A stretch of 64,000 bases of DNA from Octopus vulgaris (lineage: Eukaryota). Shown piece after piece: positions 12,920-29,515 of this stretch. Numbering within the stretch: position 1 is the first letter of the stretch; each line of letters starts with the position of its first letter. Under the pieces are notes generated by a model, which searched no databases, had not been told where the DNA came from, and worked only from the letters and a program-made list of their open reading frames with translations. The translations under genes and the position numbers were made by a program. The stretch is taken from the NCBI GenBank assembly GCA_951406725.2, contig OX597820.1, positions 98,208,001-98,272,000 on the forward strand, read 5' to 3'.

Positions 12920-14259
12920 AAACACAGAGCTCAATGCTAAAAACAAGATAATAGGTATCAGCACTTTAGCTGTCCCAGTTATAAGTTACAGCTACAATAT
13001 CCTTAACTGGACACGAAATGAACTGACCAAAATAGATAGGAAAACAAGAAAAATAATGACAGGATCTAGGATGCATTACCCAAAATCTGACATAGAAAGA
13101 CTATATATACAACGTATATGTAGAGGCCTTATACAGCTGGAAAACTACTATAAAATAACCACCATAGGACTGCAAAAATATCTACTTCAGAAGGAAGGAA
13201 AACTGATCCAGATAGCGGCAAAACACGAGCAAAACAAAAAACTGTTCTCAGTATTTAAGGAAGCTGACAAATACAAACAAGAAATCATACCACCTAATAA
13301 ACATGAAGAAGAAGAAGATGAAGAAACAACAAAAGCTATAAAACAAATGAAATCCAAACTAAAAATAGAACAGCAACGAACCATGATAAAACGATGGCAA
13401 GAAAAGCCCCTTCATGGTAAATACTGGACTAAACTAAACGCAAATGAAATAGAGAAAGGAAAATCCCAGCAATGGTTGAGAAGCTCAGGACTCAAAGCAG
13501 AAACAGAGGGATTTTTAATTGCAGCACAAGACCAAAGCCTCCCCACCAGAAATTACCAAAAACATGTAATGAAAAGAAATATTACAAGTAACTGCAGAAT
13601 ATGTGGAGATGGACAAGAAACAATAAATCATATTATCTCTAGCTGCCCAGTCCTGGCTAAGAAGGAATATATTCACAGACATGACAGAGTTGGAACCTAC
13701 ATACATTGGAAGCTATGCCAACATTATGGAATAACAACAGAAAAAAGATGGTATAGGCACACACCAGAAAAGGTCACAGAAAACGAGAAAGCAACCATAC
13801 TCTGGGATATGCGGATACACACAGATAGAGAAATTAAGGTCAACAGACCAGATATAGTTGTCAGAGATCATGAAGAAAAAAATGCTTTCTAATTGATGTA
13901 TCAATACCGGCTGATGACAACGTGTCTCTAAAAGAAATGGAGAAACTCTCAAAATACAAAGACCTGGAAATAGAGGTAACTAGAATGTGGAATCTGAAAA
14001 GCAGAAACAATTCCTATCATAGTAGGTGCATTAGGCATGATAAAAAAATATTCAGACAAATACATAACAAAAACACCAGGACTTACAAACACATATAACA
14101 TACAGAAAATTGCACTACTAGGCACTGCACACATCCTACGCAGAACACTTTCCATACAATAACCATCAGAGCATCACAACAAATCACAGCACATACCCAA
14201 GGCACACAGAGCTGCGCTCGGTAGTGAAGTGAAAGCACGCTATAAAAATAAAACTACTG
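12915..14259 (+). mobile_element. 5'-truncated R4/Dong-type retrotransposon (family B, copy 1)
   Basis: ORF 12762-13892 from LNTELN: KPLHGKY, AAQDQ, CRICGDGQETINHIISSC, RHD, NRPDIVV. Frameshift in an A-run near 13880. Nearly identical to 17831-19272. (AAT)n on both sides. Confidence 0.95.
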
Positions 14260-14276
14260 AATAATAATAATAATAA

Positions 14277-14845
14277 TGGACAAGAAACAATAAATCATAT
14301 TATCTCTGGCTGCCCAGTCCTAGCTAAGAAGGAATATATTCACAGACACGACAGAGTTGGGACCCAGATCACAGAAAACGAGAAAGCAACCATGCTCTGG
14401 GATATGTCAATACACACAGATAGAAAAATTAAGGCCAACACGCCAGATATAGTTGTCAGAGATCATGAAGAAAAAAATGCTTTCTAATTGATGTATCAAT
14501 ACCAGCAGAAGACAACGTGTCTCTAAAAGAAATGGAGAAACTTTCAAAATACAAAGACCTGGAAATAGAGATAACTCGAACGTGAAATCTAAAAACAAAC
14601 AATTCCTATCATAGTAGGCGCATGAGGTATGCTAAAAAAAATATTCAGACAAATACATAACAAAAACACCAGGTCTTACAAACACATATAACATACAGAA
14701 AATTGCACTACTGGGCACTGCACACATCCTACGCAAAACACTTTCAATACAGTAACCATCAGAGCACCACAACAAATCACAACATGTACCCAAAGTGCAC
14801 AGAGCTGCGCTCGGTAGTGAAGTGAAAGCACGCTATAAAAATAAA
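14277..14845 (+). mobile_element. R4/Dong family B, copy 2 (short, internally deleted)
   Basis: Begins at GQETINH and jumps from RHDRVG to ..TENEKAT. Shares the family B 3' UTR. Confidence 0.92.
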
Positions 14846-14848
14846 ATA

Positions 14849-14958
14849 ATGCAAGTGCCTGGTGTACCGTTATCAAACGGGTATTCATGATGGGTGTACT
14901 AGGCTTCGTATATTTTACTCCAGTGTCACTTAGATCGCATGTACTATATCACTCACTC
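14849..14958 (+). mobile_element. element X, 3' terminal fragment
   Basis: gtgcctggtgtacc..catgatgggt..ggcttcgtatattttac..cagtgtcactt..cactc then (AAT)n. Confidence 0.8.
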
Positions 14959-14960
14959 AA

Positions 14961-15002
<42 letters not shown>

Positions 15003-15110
15003 CGACAACGACAACAACAACAATAATAATAATAATAATAATAGTAATAATAATACTTTCAAATTTTGGCAGAGGGTCGATTACTATCAACATCGTCATC
15101 GTTGCCATTA

Positions 15111-15175
<65 letters not shown>

Positions 15176-15237
15176 GAGGCGTGGTTATTGCTAGTTGAAA
15201 ATTATTACTATTATTATTATTATTATTATTATTATTG

Positions 15238-15328
<91 letters not shown>

Positions 15329-15370
15329 CATTATTTTTATATATTATTATTATTATTATTGCTGCTGTTG
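14959..15370. repeat. (AAT)n/(AAC)n followed by (ATT)n tracts
   Basis: Directly visible. Confidence 0.95.
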
Positions 15371-15656
15371 TTATCTACTGTGTTCAGTGGAAATTCAAAT
15401 CAATTATAGATGATATTTGCAATCCGTAGGCATGAGTTTCAACTGACAAAGATCTATTCCTGTTTACTTGCATCAAAGTTTGGTTTTCCTTTGATTTATG
15501 AGGTAAATTTCATTCAATCGATGGCAATGTATATTACTGGCATCGATTACAATTTTATTACATATTGAGATCTAAACATTTTCGAGATCAGGCACTGACA
15601 CCTACACACACACACACTAACACATGGGAACATACAAATATATATTCTGAGCAGTG

Positions 15657-15696
<40 letters not shown>

Positions 15697-15965
15697 AATG
15701 CACTGATCATGTATGTATGTCTATATTCAATAGATTATACACACACACGCCCGTAGACACACACACACGCACGCACGCACACATTCACAAACACATATAT
15801 ATACCATTCACATATAAATATACATATAGTATGTCTATATATATACATACACATATGCGCATAAATGGAAACAAATTTCTCCCTTGATCTCTCTTTTTCC
15901 CCATTTTGCACTCGCTGTTATGTGTGTCTGCATATGTCTGTAAGCTTTGTTTATGTCCGTGTGCT

Positions 15966-16022
<57 letters not shown>

Positions 16023-16064
16023 ATATAAATGTATATATTTACATATTTATAAGTATCTATGTAG

Positions 16065-16102
<38 letters not shown>

Positions 16103-16133
16103 CATATATACTTATGTATGTGTATATACATAC

Positions 16134-16172
<39 letters not shown>

Positions 16173-16582
16173 TACCCATACATGTACACATTCACACAGA
16201 CACACACACACACATATATATATATACATATGCACACATACATATATAATCATGCATCTATGTGAAAATATGTTATGAGTTGAGGCTTTACCTATACTAG
16301 TCTTTTGTATGTCAATGTTACTTCTTAATTATAGAATACTCGACCAGTGAAAATGGATAATTCTTGCCTTTTTTTACTCTCAGAAATACATCAATACATT
16401 TGAAATCGATACATATACAGATATTTTCCAATATGTTTTCTCTTTTCTATTCTTTTACTTATTGATGAAAGAAAAAAGACAAAATATCCGATTTCATAGG
16501 CGTGAGATTTAATAGTAAGCTAATGTTGAACAAAAAACATACGACAGTATTCTAATATTGAATTTATATTCATAATATGATT

Positions 16583-16617
<35 letters not shown>

Positions 16618-16639
16618 ATAATAATAATAATAATAATAA

Positions 16640-16826
16640 TTTTTTCTACTCTAAGCACAAGGCTCGAAATTTCTTTTGGTGGGGGCCAGTCAATTAGATC
16701 GACCCCAGTATGCAACTGCTGCTTAATTTATCGACCCAGAAAGGATGAGAGGCAAAGTCGACCACGGCGGAATTTGAACTCAGAACGTAAAGACAGACGA
16801 AGTACCGCTAGCATTTCGCCCGGCGA

Positions 16827-16828
<2 letters not shown>
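16640..16828 (-). mobile_element. SINE family 2
   Basis: ggcaaagtcgaccacggcggaatttgaactcagaacgtaaag (B-box, reverse strand). Confidence 0.85.
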
Positions 16829-16919
<91 letters not shown>

Positions 16920-16984
16920 AAGAAGAAGAAGGAGGAGGAGAGGAGGAGGAGGAGAAGAAGAAGAAGAAGAAGAAGAAGAAGAAT

Positions 16985-17015
<31 letters not shown>

Positions 17016-17131
17016 AGAAGTAGAAGAGAAAGAAGAAGAAGAAGAAGAAGAAGAAGAAGAAAAAGAAGAGAAAAAAGAAGAAGAAGAAGAAGAAGAAGAA
17101 GAAGAAGAAGAAGAAGAAGAAGAAGAAGAAG
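16829..17131. repeat. (AAT)n-(AAG)n compound microsatellite
   Basis: Directly visible. Confidence 0.95.
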
Positions 17132-17415
17132 AAATAAACATATGCAATCCTCTTATGTACGAAATAACCCGAGTGTGGAAAATGAAGATAGCAAAGACCG
17201 TACCAATTATTGTTGGCTTCTTGGGTATTATATCAGAAGGCATTAAGACGAATATGAAGGAAATCGGAATAGGGTGCCCTGCAGAAAATATTAGATAGTT
17301 GGAAAGAATATAGCATGGTACCGTAGGCTACAGGTAGCAAGCCCGATACGCATGCAATACTCCAAGAGTTCTAAAAATTCTTGAGTTTCAAACATTGCAA
17401 CATAACCGACCATAT
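17132..17415 (+). mobile_element. R4/Dong RLE C-terminal fragment (family D)
   Basis: Translates ..YEITRVWKMKIAKTVPIIVGFLGIISEGIK.., homologous to EVTRMW..TIPIIVGALG of families B and C. Confidence 0.75.
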
Positions 17416-17454
17416 AATCACTCTCCTACTGAAAAAGTCCAAAGAATGGATCAT

Positions 17455-19389
<1,935 letters not shown>

Positions 19390-20132
19390 TTTGGATGCAC
19401 CAATGATGCAGGTAGGTTATCCCGTCCCGCTCTGACTTTTTTAGTTCATATAATTGAAAAAACCGCATTATTTATGGGATGAACCAACACTTATTTTATC
19501 GACCGCGAAAGGACGAGACGGTGATTTTGTCCAAGAATTATCTTAAGGTGGCAATTATGATTGCTTAGATAAAACGATGATTTAATAACACTAATGGTGA
19601 TGAAGATGCTGACAGCGAAGGCGATGATGATTGTCATCATCATGCTGATAGTGTTTGTGGTGTGGTGACTGCCTTAATGTCAGTGTGATAGTCATGCAGA
19701 CGTCGATTTGGAGAGTTGGTGGAGCATAAATGCTCTGTATGTGACTAGTCATATTACAACATAAACCAATGAGCGAATGTGCACTAAGTCGAATGTAAAT
19801 TTCAAGTTCGTCTATAAATTCAATTTGTCCCCAAGAACAACAGCTGGAAAACATACCTAACGTCTGTTGATAATACGTACGTACATACATACACTCACAT
19901 ATGCACGAACTGTCACCCCCCACACACATACATATACACACACACACACAGAGTAACATGCGTACTCACACACATTGTTTTGTAGATTTTTTCTTTTCCT
20001 TCTATTTTTTCTGTATATTCCTATGACACTTGCATGTATGTTACAATAATATGCTGTACATATGTCTGTCTGTGTATTTCAGTCACTCTTTCCTTCTACC
20101 TCTTTTCTTCCTTACTTCTGTCTGACTGTCTG

Positions 20133-20206
<74 letters not shown>

Positions 20207-20207
20207 A

Positions 20208-20277
<70 letters not shown>

Positions 20278-20340
20278 ATATCTATCTATCTATCTGTCTA
20301 TCTATCTATCATACGATATATTACATTATGTTATATTTGA

Positions 20341-20401
<61 letters not shown>

Positions 20402-20732
20402 TAGGAAGTTAAATGTTCTGGCCAGTCATAGAGTGACCATTGGTTTCGCACTAATATATATATATATTCTTGGTCTCAAGCATTTGTCTTATGAAGAAAT
20501 GGTCGAAACTAGTCAGCAGTCACAAGCCGTGTTTAGCAGGGTGAGTTCAAAGTGCTGTTACCACAGTCCTCTTCAAAATGGACTAAAAATGTTGGTAGAT
20601 CGGTATATTAGATGTGTAGTAATGATATACTAAAATGACAATTATGTAGTACAGTTATAACAAGCCTCTTTTAAAAAAAAGTCTCAAAACCTCTGGAATT
20701 GCCTCTTTCACATACATACATACATACATACA

Positions 20733-20764
<32 letters not shown>

Positions 20765-21037
20765 AACATACATACATATAAACATACATACATACATACA
20801 TACATACATACATACATACATACATACATACATACATACATACATACATGTATATCTCTGTGAATTTTCTCAGATGAATACACCTTCGAAACACACGTCA
20901 AAGACAGCCATGCGTGCAAACTGTTAGAAATGGAAAAGTACTTCTAAATTGGATGACAACTGGAAATATGTGGCTTACTGTCTTGTCTTATTTTATTCCA
21001 TACACTTATATGCCTGCCTGCATGCATACGTACATGC

Positions 21038-21101
<64 letters not shown>

Positions 21102-21708
21102 CTCTCTCTCCCTCTCTCCCTCTCTCTCTCTCTACATATATATATATATTTGTATGTCTACTTATTTTGATTGCTAGATGGACTGATATATATATAGACG
21201 GATGAGCATTTCTTCTTATATAGATATGTGCTTTCATATTTTTACATGTGTGTACGTATATTCATATGCACGTACACACGCAACTCTCCAAACACAGATG
21301 TGAATGCGTGTTCGCGCGTGCGTACGTTTGTATATGTGTACATGTGTATGAATATTCTTACACGCGTGTTTGTAAGTATATCTGTATGTATACACGCATA
21401 CACACACATGGTTGTACGCGTGTTTCTGCCTTTCATTCTCTATCGCAAAATAAATCATCACGCAACGTAAATGTTTTTTGCAAAGAAATCAGGATATAAA
21501 ACCCGAAACAAAACATTAATATTGCTTCAGTGAACTTTCAAGACTCTACATAACGACAAATAGTTTCCAGATAATTCGTTTGATCTTCTTTTGGTTCCGA
21601 TTATTGTCCAACTTGATACTATAGTCTTAAATTATTTTGCTACTCTATTCTATCTGTAGTGTCACATTTCCTGATAGATAGATAGAAAGTGTTATTACAA
21701 CATATATG

Positions 21709-21791
<83 letters not shown>

Positions 21792-22483
21792 GCACCCACA
21801 GGTGAGCACGTAAGTGCGAAACGATGTGGAACAAATAGGACCCAAATATCAAAGGTACGGCAACATACTTTCATTAAAGCTGTAAAATTATCACTGTTAC
21901 TCAAGAGTTTCACGTTCTCGTTCGCCGGACAGTTGGGATTGTAACCCCCTCCCTCCGACAAGGGATTATAAAATCTGCAAAGCCTCGTAGTCAAGTAAAT
22001 TTGCAAATATTTATCAAAAATCCCTAGGGTCTGAAGGAATCACTGTATGCACAAAAATCTTCAACTACTCATTCCAAAACTGACAAACAAATTATTTACG
22101 CGGGTAAATTTTAAGAATCCTAATGCTCATCCTCTCAAAAATACTTCAAGTTATGTATATGTATATATAGAGTATGGACGGATTTTTGAAGTCCAATGGT
22201 ACCCTACACACATATTTGATTATGAAGATTTACAAACATACTTTCTCAGTGAAACTCAATATACCCACCATTATAGATAATACCAAATGTACATTTTCGG
22301 ATTTTTCATAATTTCATAATGTGATGTAATTCTTTGGTATAGCAAATGCATGCGGCTGAAGAGAGCCTTAAACCATCTGTTATGTCGATTACACATTGAT
22401 GTAAGAATAGGTAGTTTTATAAAGCTTGAAACACGTGTACCGCCACATCCTCTGTGTTCTGTTTTTTTAATTTCATTTGATGC

Positions 22484-22566
<83 letters not shown>

Positions 22567-22771
22567 AACACACAAACATATATATATATATATTTAAAGA
22601 ATATAGATGTAAGTATTAAAAGAATTTGTGAATGTATGTGTGCGTGCGCAATTTAAATAATTCCAGACTTCAGACTAAGGTCATAATGGGTAAGAAGTTT
22701 TGCTGAGCACGGGAGAATATGAAATATATTTAATCAGGTCAGGAATGAACTCAGATAAGATCCATAACTCA

Positions 22772-22860
<89 letters not shown>

Positions 22861-23319
22861 AACACACTCACACACATACATAATACATATGTGTATGTGT
22901 GCGAGTGTCTGCACATTTATACGTATATACAAAACAATAAAAGAACAGGCAGGCCCCCACACACATACACACACACGCACGCACATACTAGCATATAAGT
23001 ATGTATGTGTACATGTATGTGTCTGTGAGTATCACTCCATTTTCAATGCTGCATATATGCCACGCACGCGGCCAGAGAAATCATGATGGCTTCCTCAGTT
23101 GGTAGGAGAATGTAAGGATATGTCTGCAGGTGATATTCGTGTGAGGCTCGTGTTTGTTGTTTATAATGTATTTTAATTGTTTCTTGTTCTTCGACATTGC
23201 TTGATGAAGGTGTCAGACGTCGCGTACCGCCCTCTGCGCTGTGAATCATGTGTGCTGCTAGCCAAACAAAACGGCATGAACTGCATGAGTGTGTTGTCCG
23301 CACCGCTGCTGTGTAAGGT

Positions 23320-23324
23320 GAGGT

Positions 23325-23371
<47 letters not shown>

Positions 23372-23528
23372 GGTGTGTGTGTGTGTGCGGACGTGTGTGT
23401 GTGTGTGTGTAGCGTGCGTACGTCTCTCTCTATATATTATACATCTATATATATATATATATATATATGCATATATACATGTATACATATATATTTATAT
23501 TTATATATATATACATATACACTTATAA

Positions 23529-23609
<81 letters not shown>

Positions 23610-23730
23610 CACACACATACATATATATGTATATGTGTATGCTTGTGCGTGTGTATACACATCAATGATGATATGCATAAATATACATATATCTATGTGT
23701 ATATATAGGCGTATATATGTATGTCGAGAC

Positions 23731-23770
<40 letters not shown>

Positions 23771-24285
23771 TCTCTATATATACATATGTATATATATATG
23801 TATATATACACATATGTATGTATATATATGTATATATATATACATATGCCTATATATATATATATGCCGATACATATACATATATATATATATATATGTA
23901 TATATATACATATATATAGACATATATATACACACATATATATACATACATATATATATATATATATACATATATTAATACACACACACACACATATGTA
24001 TAATTATCTCGCTCCCTCTGTACACGTACACACAAACACATGCAGATATGTACACACGCACATGTACATACATGCATACATATGCACTACCATACACGCA
24101 CCTCGTAATATACAGGTGTTTAAATTAATGTAACTTAATCCTCTTTGAAATAATATAAATCACGATAAATCTATAGTACATAGTATCTCTGCCCTATGAG
24201 TCGACTTATGAAACAGTCTTACTGAATCTCAACAACGATGTTTTTTTAAGTCTGCCTCATGAGCTCAAACCATCTTCGAATACAA

Positions 24286-24384
<99 letters not shown>

Positions 24385-24420
24385 ATCTATCTATTTATCT
24401 ATCTATCTATTTACCTGCCT
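23320..24420. repeat. (GT)n, long degenerate (TA)n and (CTAT)n field
   Basis: Directly visible. Confidence 0.9.
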
Positions 24421-25943
24421 ATCTATCTACCTACATATTTTCTATCTGTCTGTTATCTATATGTGTGTGGATATCTGTCTACATGTATATATACTTACTG
24501 TCACGTTGCACCCACACACACATATTTATATAAGACGATGAGTTAGAAAGCAATGCAAATTAAAAAAACAACTTTTATCTCACACTCGCGCATATATGAT
24601 TACTAGATTAAAGTGTTCAGTATCCTCTTACTCTATTGAGAATCTTCTTTTTTAAACTTCTTAACATTTAGTAAAATTTCAGTTTAAAAGCAAAAAGAAA
24701 AACTTTCCTTAATTTACCAAGTTTTTGTGTTCTTCATTTTTTAATCTACTAGGTGACTTTAAGTTGTAAATTTTATTTAAGAGTAATTACGCTGCCTCTA
24801 TATCAGTTTAATTTTCACAGAAAAATTTGCTATTTGAACTTTCCTTCATGTTGAAAACCACATAATCCCAATACCAAAACCCCGGCTTATTTTCCTAGGA
24901 TATCTCGAAGTTTACTACAAACGAATGAAGTTATAGAAATTTCTGTTACATGTTAATAAGAAATTTAGACGCATAGAATAAGTGAAACAGTTTTGATTGA
25001 AATATTTGAAATAAGGGAAACAAGAATATTAGCGAAATTACTTTTAACAAATTTCCTGCCAAATGCATTTTCATACGTTGGTCCATGTTTTCAGACTTTA
25101 AGTTTGCTATTGTTTCATCCGTTCCTACGCTGGTGGTTGAAAAACGTTGGGAATATGTATCATACATGATACATCGATTCCAGGGAAACATGTCCTGTGT
25201 ATCATGTGTGATACACAGAACAGGCAATGTGTTAAATACTTATTGGGAAGTTCGAAATAAATAAAGAGCAAATGAATTTAATGACAATTAAAGAGTAAAT
25301 ACTTCTAATGACTTTGAATCCTCAAAAGTTTTAAAATAGGGAAATGGAAAGTGATTCGTTTCACTTTCTTATATTATAATTGTTATAGTGAAAGAAAGTC
25401 TATGTTGGATTGGTGAGCGGAGCGAACAGGAAGTGAGTCAAGGTTTCAAGATAGCGGTAGTAAGCAGGAACTATGGTGACTGTAGTTATTAAAAGCTTTA
25501 AAGTGAGGTAATTTAGTGAATGAATACGACAAAACGCAAAGAGTGGGCTAAATATGTATAACCATGCCAAACTTTTAGTTAAAATATACTAAAATAAATA
25601 TGTACTATACAATTTGAATTTTTAGACTTTTAGAAACAAAAAGTATAGATACATTTTTATTAACGCCAACCTTATAAACATATATTTACACGCAAAATAC
25701 ATCATTCATAAACCAAACATAAGTATATACGGAACAAACTTGATGGACATTCCCACGCACTATAATTATCATAAGGTAGTAAGGGTCAATATTTATACAC
25801 CCATATTTATAATAAAATTGTAGGTCTTGTGTAGAATTTTAAGCGACCTACATTCTTTCAGAAGTTTCTGGAATAGCTTCCGAATTAACAAAGAATAAAT
25901 TTCAAGCGATGCCGCAGTAAGCTTCTTCATATATACATTCGTT

Positions 25944-26038
<95 letters not shown>

Positions 26039-26074
26039 CCTATCTGTCTGTCTGTATGTATGTATGTCTGTCTG

Positions 26075-26138
<64 letters not shown>

Positions 26139-26432
26139 CTGCCTATTATTTATATGTGTGTGGATGTCTGTCTACGTGTATATATACTTACTGTGACGTC
26201 GTTTGAAATTTATTTCTCGTTAATCAACACACGCACACCCATGTATTATACGCATGGGTATAGTGTCTTTGTGTACAGTTTATACACACGCGCGCGCACA
26301 CACACATACATGTATATATTTATATGCAAGTATACATGCATACATATGTACAATTGCACTTGCATGTACACACACACATATATATGTACACACATACTTA
26401 TAAGTGCAATGTCATATATATATATGTATATA

Positions 26433-26501
<69 letters not shown>

Positions 26502-26516
26502 GTATACACACACACG

Positions 26517-26564
<48 letters not shown>

Positions 26565-26776
26565 TTATATACAAACATACATAGCATACATATCTAGTTA
26601 TGATTTAATGTGCTTAAAAATATAAATTCAAGATGACTCATAATTTGTTAGTATTTTCGGTGGGAATATGCTGTTTTGTGACGCAACCGGAAGTTTACCA
26701 CAATTTGAACGATGATATCTGTGGTTTTTCGTGCAAATTTAGATAAATATTTAGATTTTAAGCTAATGATAGGAAA

Positions 26777-26823
<47 letters not shown>

Positions 26824-27144
26824 GAAATAGAAATGATAAAAATAGTGATTTTTTTGTATTGTCACAAGGGAGACGACCGGGCAGAAACATTAAATATATG
26901 AATGAATTAAAAAAGAAAAAAAGAATCTTGCGGTTTTTCATTAGTTGCAGGGAAAATATATATTAAAATCGTTGAAAGCAAATGAAACAAAAAGCAAAAT
27001 TTTCCTGGGTAATATGATTTAATAGATCAGTGGTTTGTAATGTGGGTAGTAACCTGCCTCTCGCTAGAGGTTGTAAAATATGAAGGTAATGTTATGGTGA
27101 AATGCTAGCTGTTTAAGAATTTTTCTTAGAAATAAAATATTTAG

Positions 27145-27293
27145 ACGCGGCTGCGTCCTTAAAACGCTTATTTTGAAAGTACATGGGTTTCATGCTCAGA
27201 GAACTGCATGGCATTTTTCTTCTGCTGTAGCCCTGTGAGCTAATGTAGTAGACGGAAACTGTACGGTAGCCCGTCTCATATCTATCTATCTAC

Positions 27294-27359
<66 letters not shown>

Positions 27360-27535
27360 GTGTGTGCGTATGAGTCTTAATATTTGTCTTACCTCCACAT
27401 TCGCTTGACAACTGGTGTTTATGTCCCCGTAACACTGTTTCAGACTTTTAAATATCCAATGGGCTTAGTTTGTTCGACTAAACCCGTTCAAGGCAGTGCT
27501 CCGGCATGGCCGCAGTCCAATGACTTGAGTTGGTA
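27145..27535 (+). mobile_element. degraded SINE family 1
   Basis: gtagacggaaactg..gcccgtc, internal (CTAT)n, cgcttgacaactggtg, gtgctccggcatggccgcagtc. Confidence 0.65.
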
Positions 27536-27919
27536 AAATACATGATACACGAGCTACAATATTTATATTTGAAACGCATTTGCAAAGGAATTTTTGTTGG
27601 CATTGTAACATGAACAGGATACTGTGTTATCAGTGTGCAAAAGCAAACGAAATGATGCAACCGGTTCTAATAACATTTTATCAAATAAATCAACGCCATG
27701 TTTAGTTATTTCCATACAAATCAAACATGTGGAGGGTATCAACCCGCGTCAACAGTTGAAATAATGCATGTGTTGTACGGATGTTATGAGAAACTATGGA
27801 TAATAAAACACTGGACAAAATTTGCTTGTTTGATAAAAATAAACATCATTTTCTTCTTATTTTTCGCAAAATGTGAGACGTGGGCGTTTGTGATTCATCA
27901 TTAGGTGAGATGATGCTAG

Positions 27920-28375
27920 AAACCTGATATAGTTTAACAGTCTGATAAAGCTAATGAGCCAACTAAAGATATTTTAATGGAAGAATTGTGCACTCTTCCT
28001 GATGCATCCTCTCGTAACAGTCTCGTAAGCCAAGAATGATATAGTTTAACAGACAGCTAGATCTTTTGAGCCAACGAAAAATATTTTAGTGGAAGGCTTG
28101 TGAATTCTTCCTGGTGCTTCCTCTCGTAACAGACTCGTAGGCCAAGAAAACTGATATAGTTTAACAGACAGCTACATCTTTTGAGCCAACGAAAAATATT
28201 TCAGTGGAAGGCTTGTGAATTCTTCCTGATGCATCTTCTCGTAACAGACTCGTAGGCCAGGAAAACTGATATAGTTTAACAGACAGCTGAAGATATTGAG
28301 CCAACTAAAAATATTTTAGTGGAAGGATTGTGCATTGTTCCTGATGCGTCCTCTCGTAACAGTCTCGTAGGCCGA
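27920..28375. repeat. tandem repeat, ~115-bp unit, ~4 copies
   Basis: TGATATAGTTTAACAG recurs at about 27926, 28037, 28152 and 28267; each unit ends in ctctcgtaacag.ctcgta.gcc. Confidence 0.92.
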
Positions 28376-28978
28376 TTAAACAATCCCATTTTCGTAATTC
28401 TTTCCTAGCATCTTCAAGTTTACAGGAATATAACATTTTCTTCACTCTCACATTTATTTTGATGCGAACTTCATGAGTTTGATAACATATTGAACTGAGA
28501 CGTAAATCTCTGTTCTTGGAGTTTTAAATTTCGTCCGCCATGCACGTTTACTTTTTGATTTTATCTCATATTGTATGCCAGAAAAACTGTATGCCAGAGT
28601 ACCGCGTTTGCCTCATCGACACAAGAATGCGAAGGGAAAAGAACAGTTAGGCCATACTTCACAATTCAATTTCTTTTAGACACTGACCAACAGCAGGCAA
28701 AACGGTTTTATTGCCCTCTGTGCATCAAGGACAAGTCTAGCGTACAACATTGGCATACCTCTTAATTTTTATCGCAATTCCGCAATACATATCCTTCTAG
28801 GAGCACTGCTTGACGAATAGTACTTTGAGTTATAAGGATTTCAAATACCTATTTCTAACAATAGTACTAACTAGTCAAAATGTTTAAAATTTGAAGGAGA
28901 TGAGAAAATTTTGAGTTTATTATAATTAGAGAAATCATGCATGCTTCAAAATAATTATTGAAAGATGAACTATCTTAT

Positions 28979-29156
28979 AGGCGCAAGAGTGGCTGTGTGG
29001 TAAGTAGCTTGCTTACTAACCACGTGGTTCCGGGTTCAGTCCCACTGCATGGCAGCTTGGGCAAGTGTCTTCTACTATTGCTTCGGGCCGACCAAAGTCT
29101 TGTGAGTGGATTTGGTAGGCGGAAACTGAAAGAAGCAGGTCGTATATATATGCATG

Positions 29157-29251
<95 letters not shown>

Positions 29252-29462
29252 ATATGTTTGTGTGTCTGTTTCTGTCCTCCAACATCGCTTGACAACCGAT
29301 GCTGGTGTGTGTTTACGTCCCCGTCACTTAGCGTTTCAGCAAAGAGACCGATAAAATAAGCACTAGGCTTACAAAGAATACGTCCTGGGGTCGATTTCTT
29401 CAACTAAAGGCGGTGCTCCAGCATGGCTGCAGTCAAATGACTGAAACAAGTAAAAGAGTAAA

Positions 29463-29465
<3 letters not shown>
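28979..29465 (+). mobile_element. SINE family 1, full length
   Basis: tRNA-like head, internal (CT)n(TA)n, tail ending gactgaaacaagtaaaagag. Confidence 0.92.

Positions 29466-29515
<50 letters not shown>

Noticed and set aside
27920-28375. CRISPR-like array
   Set aside because: The whole unit is repeated; there are no variable spacers.
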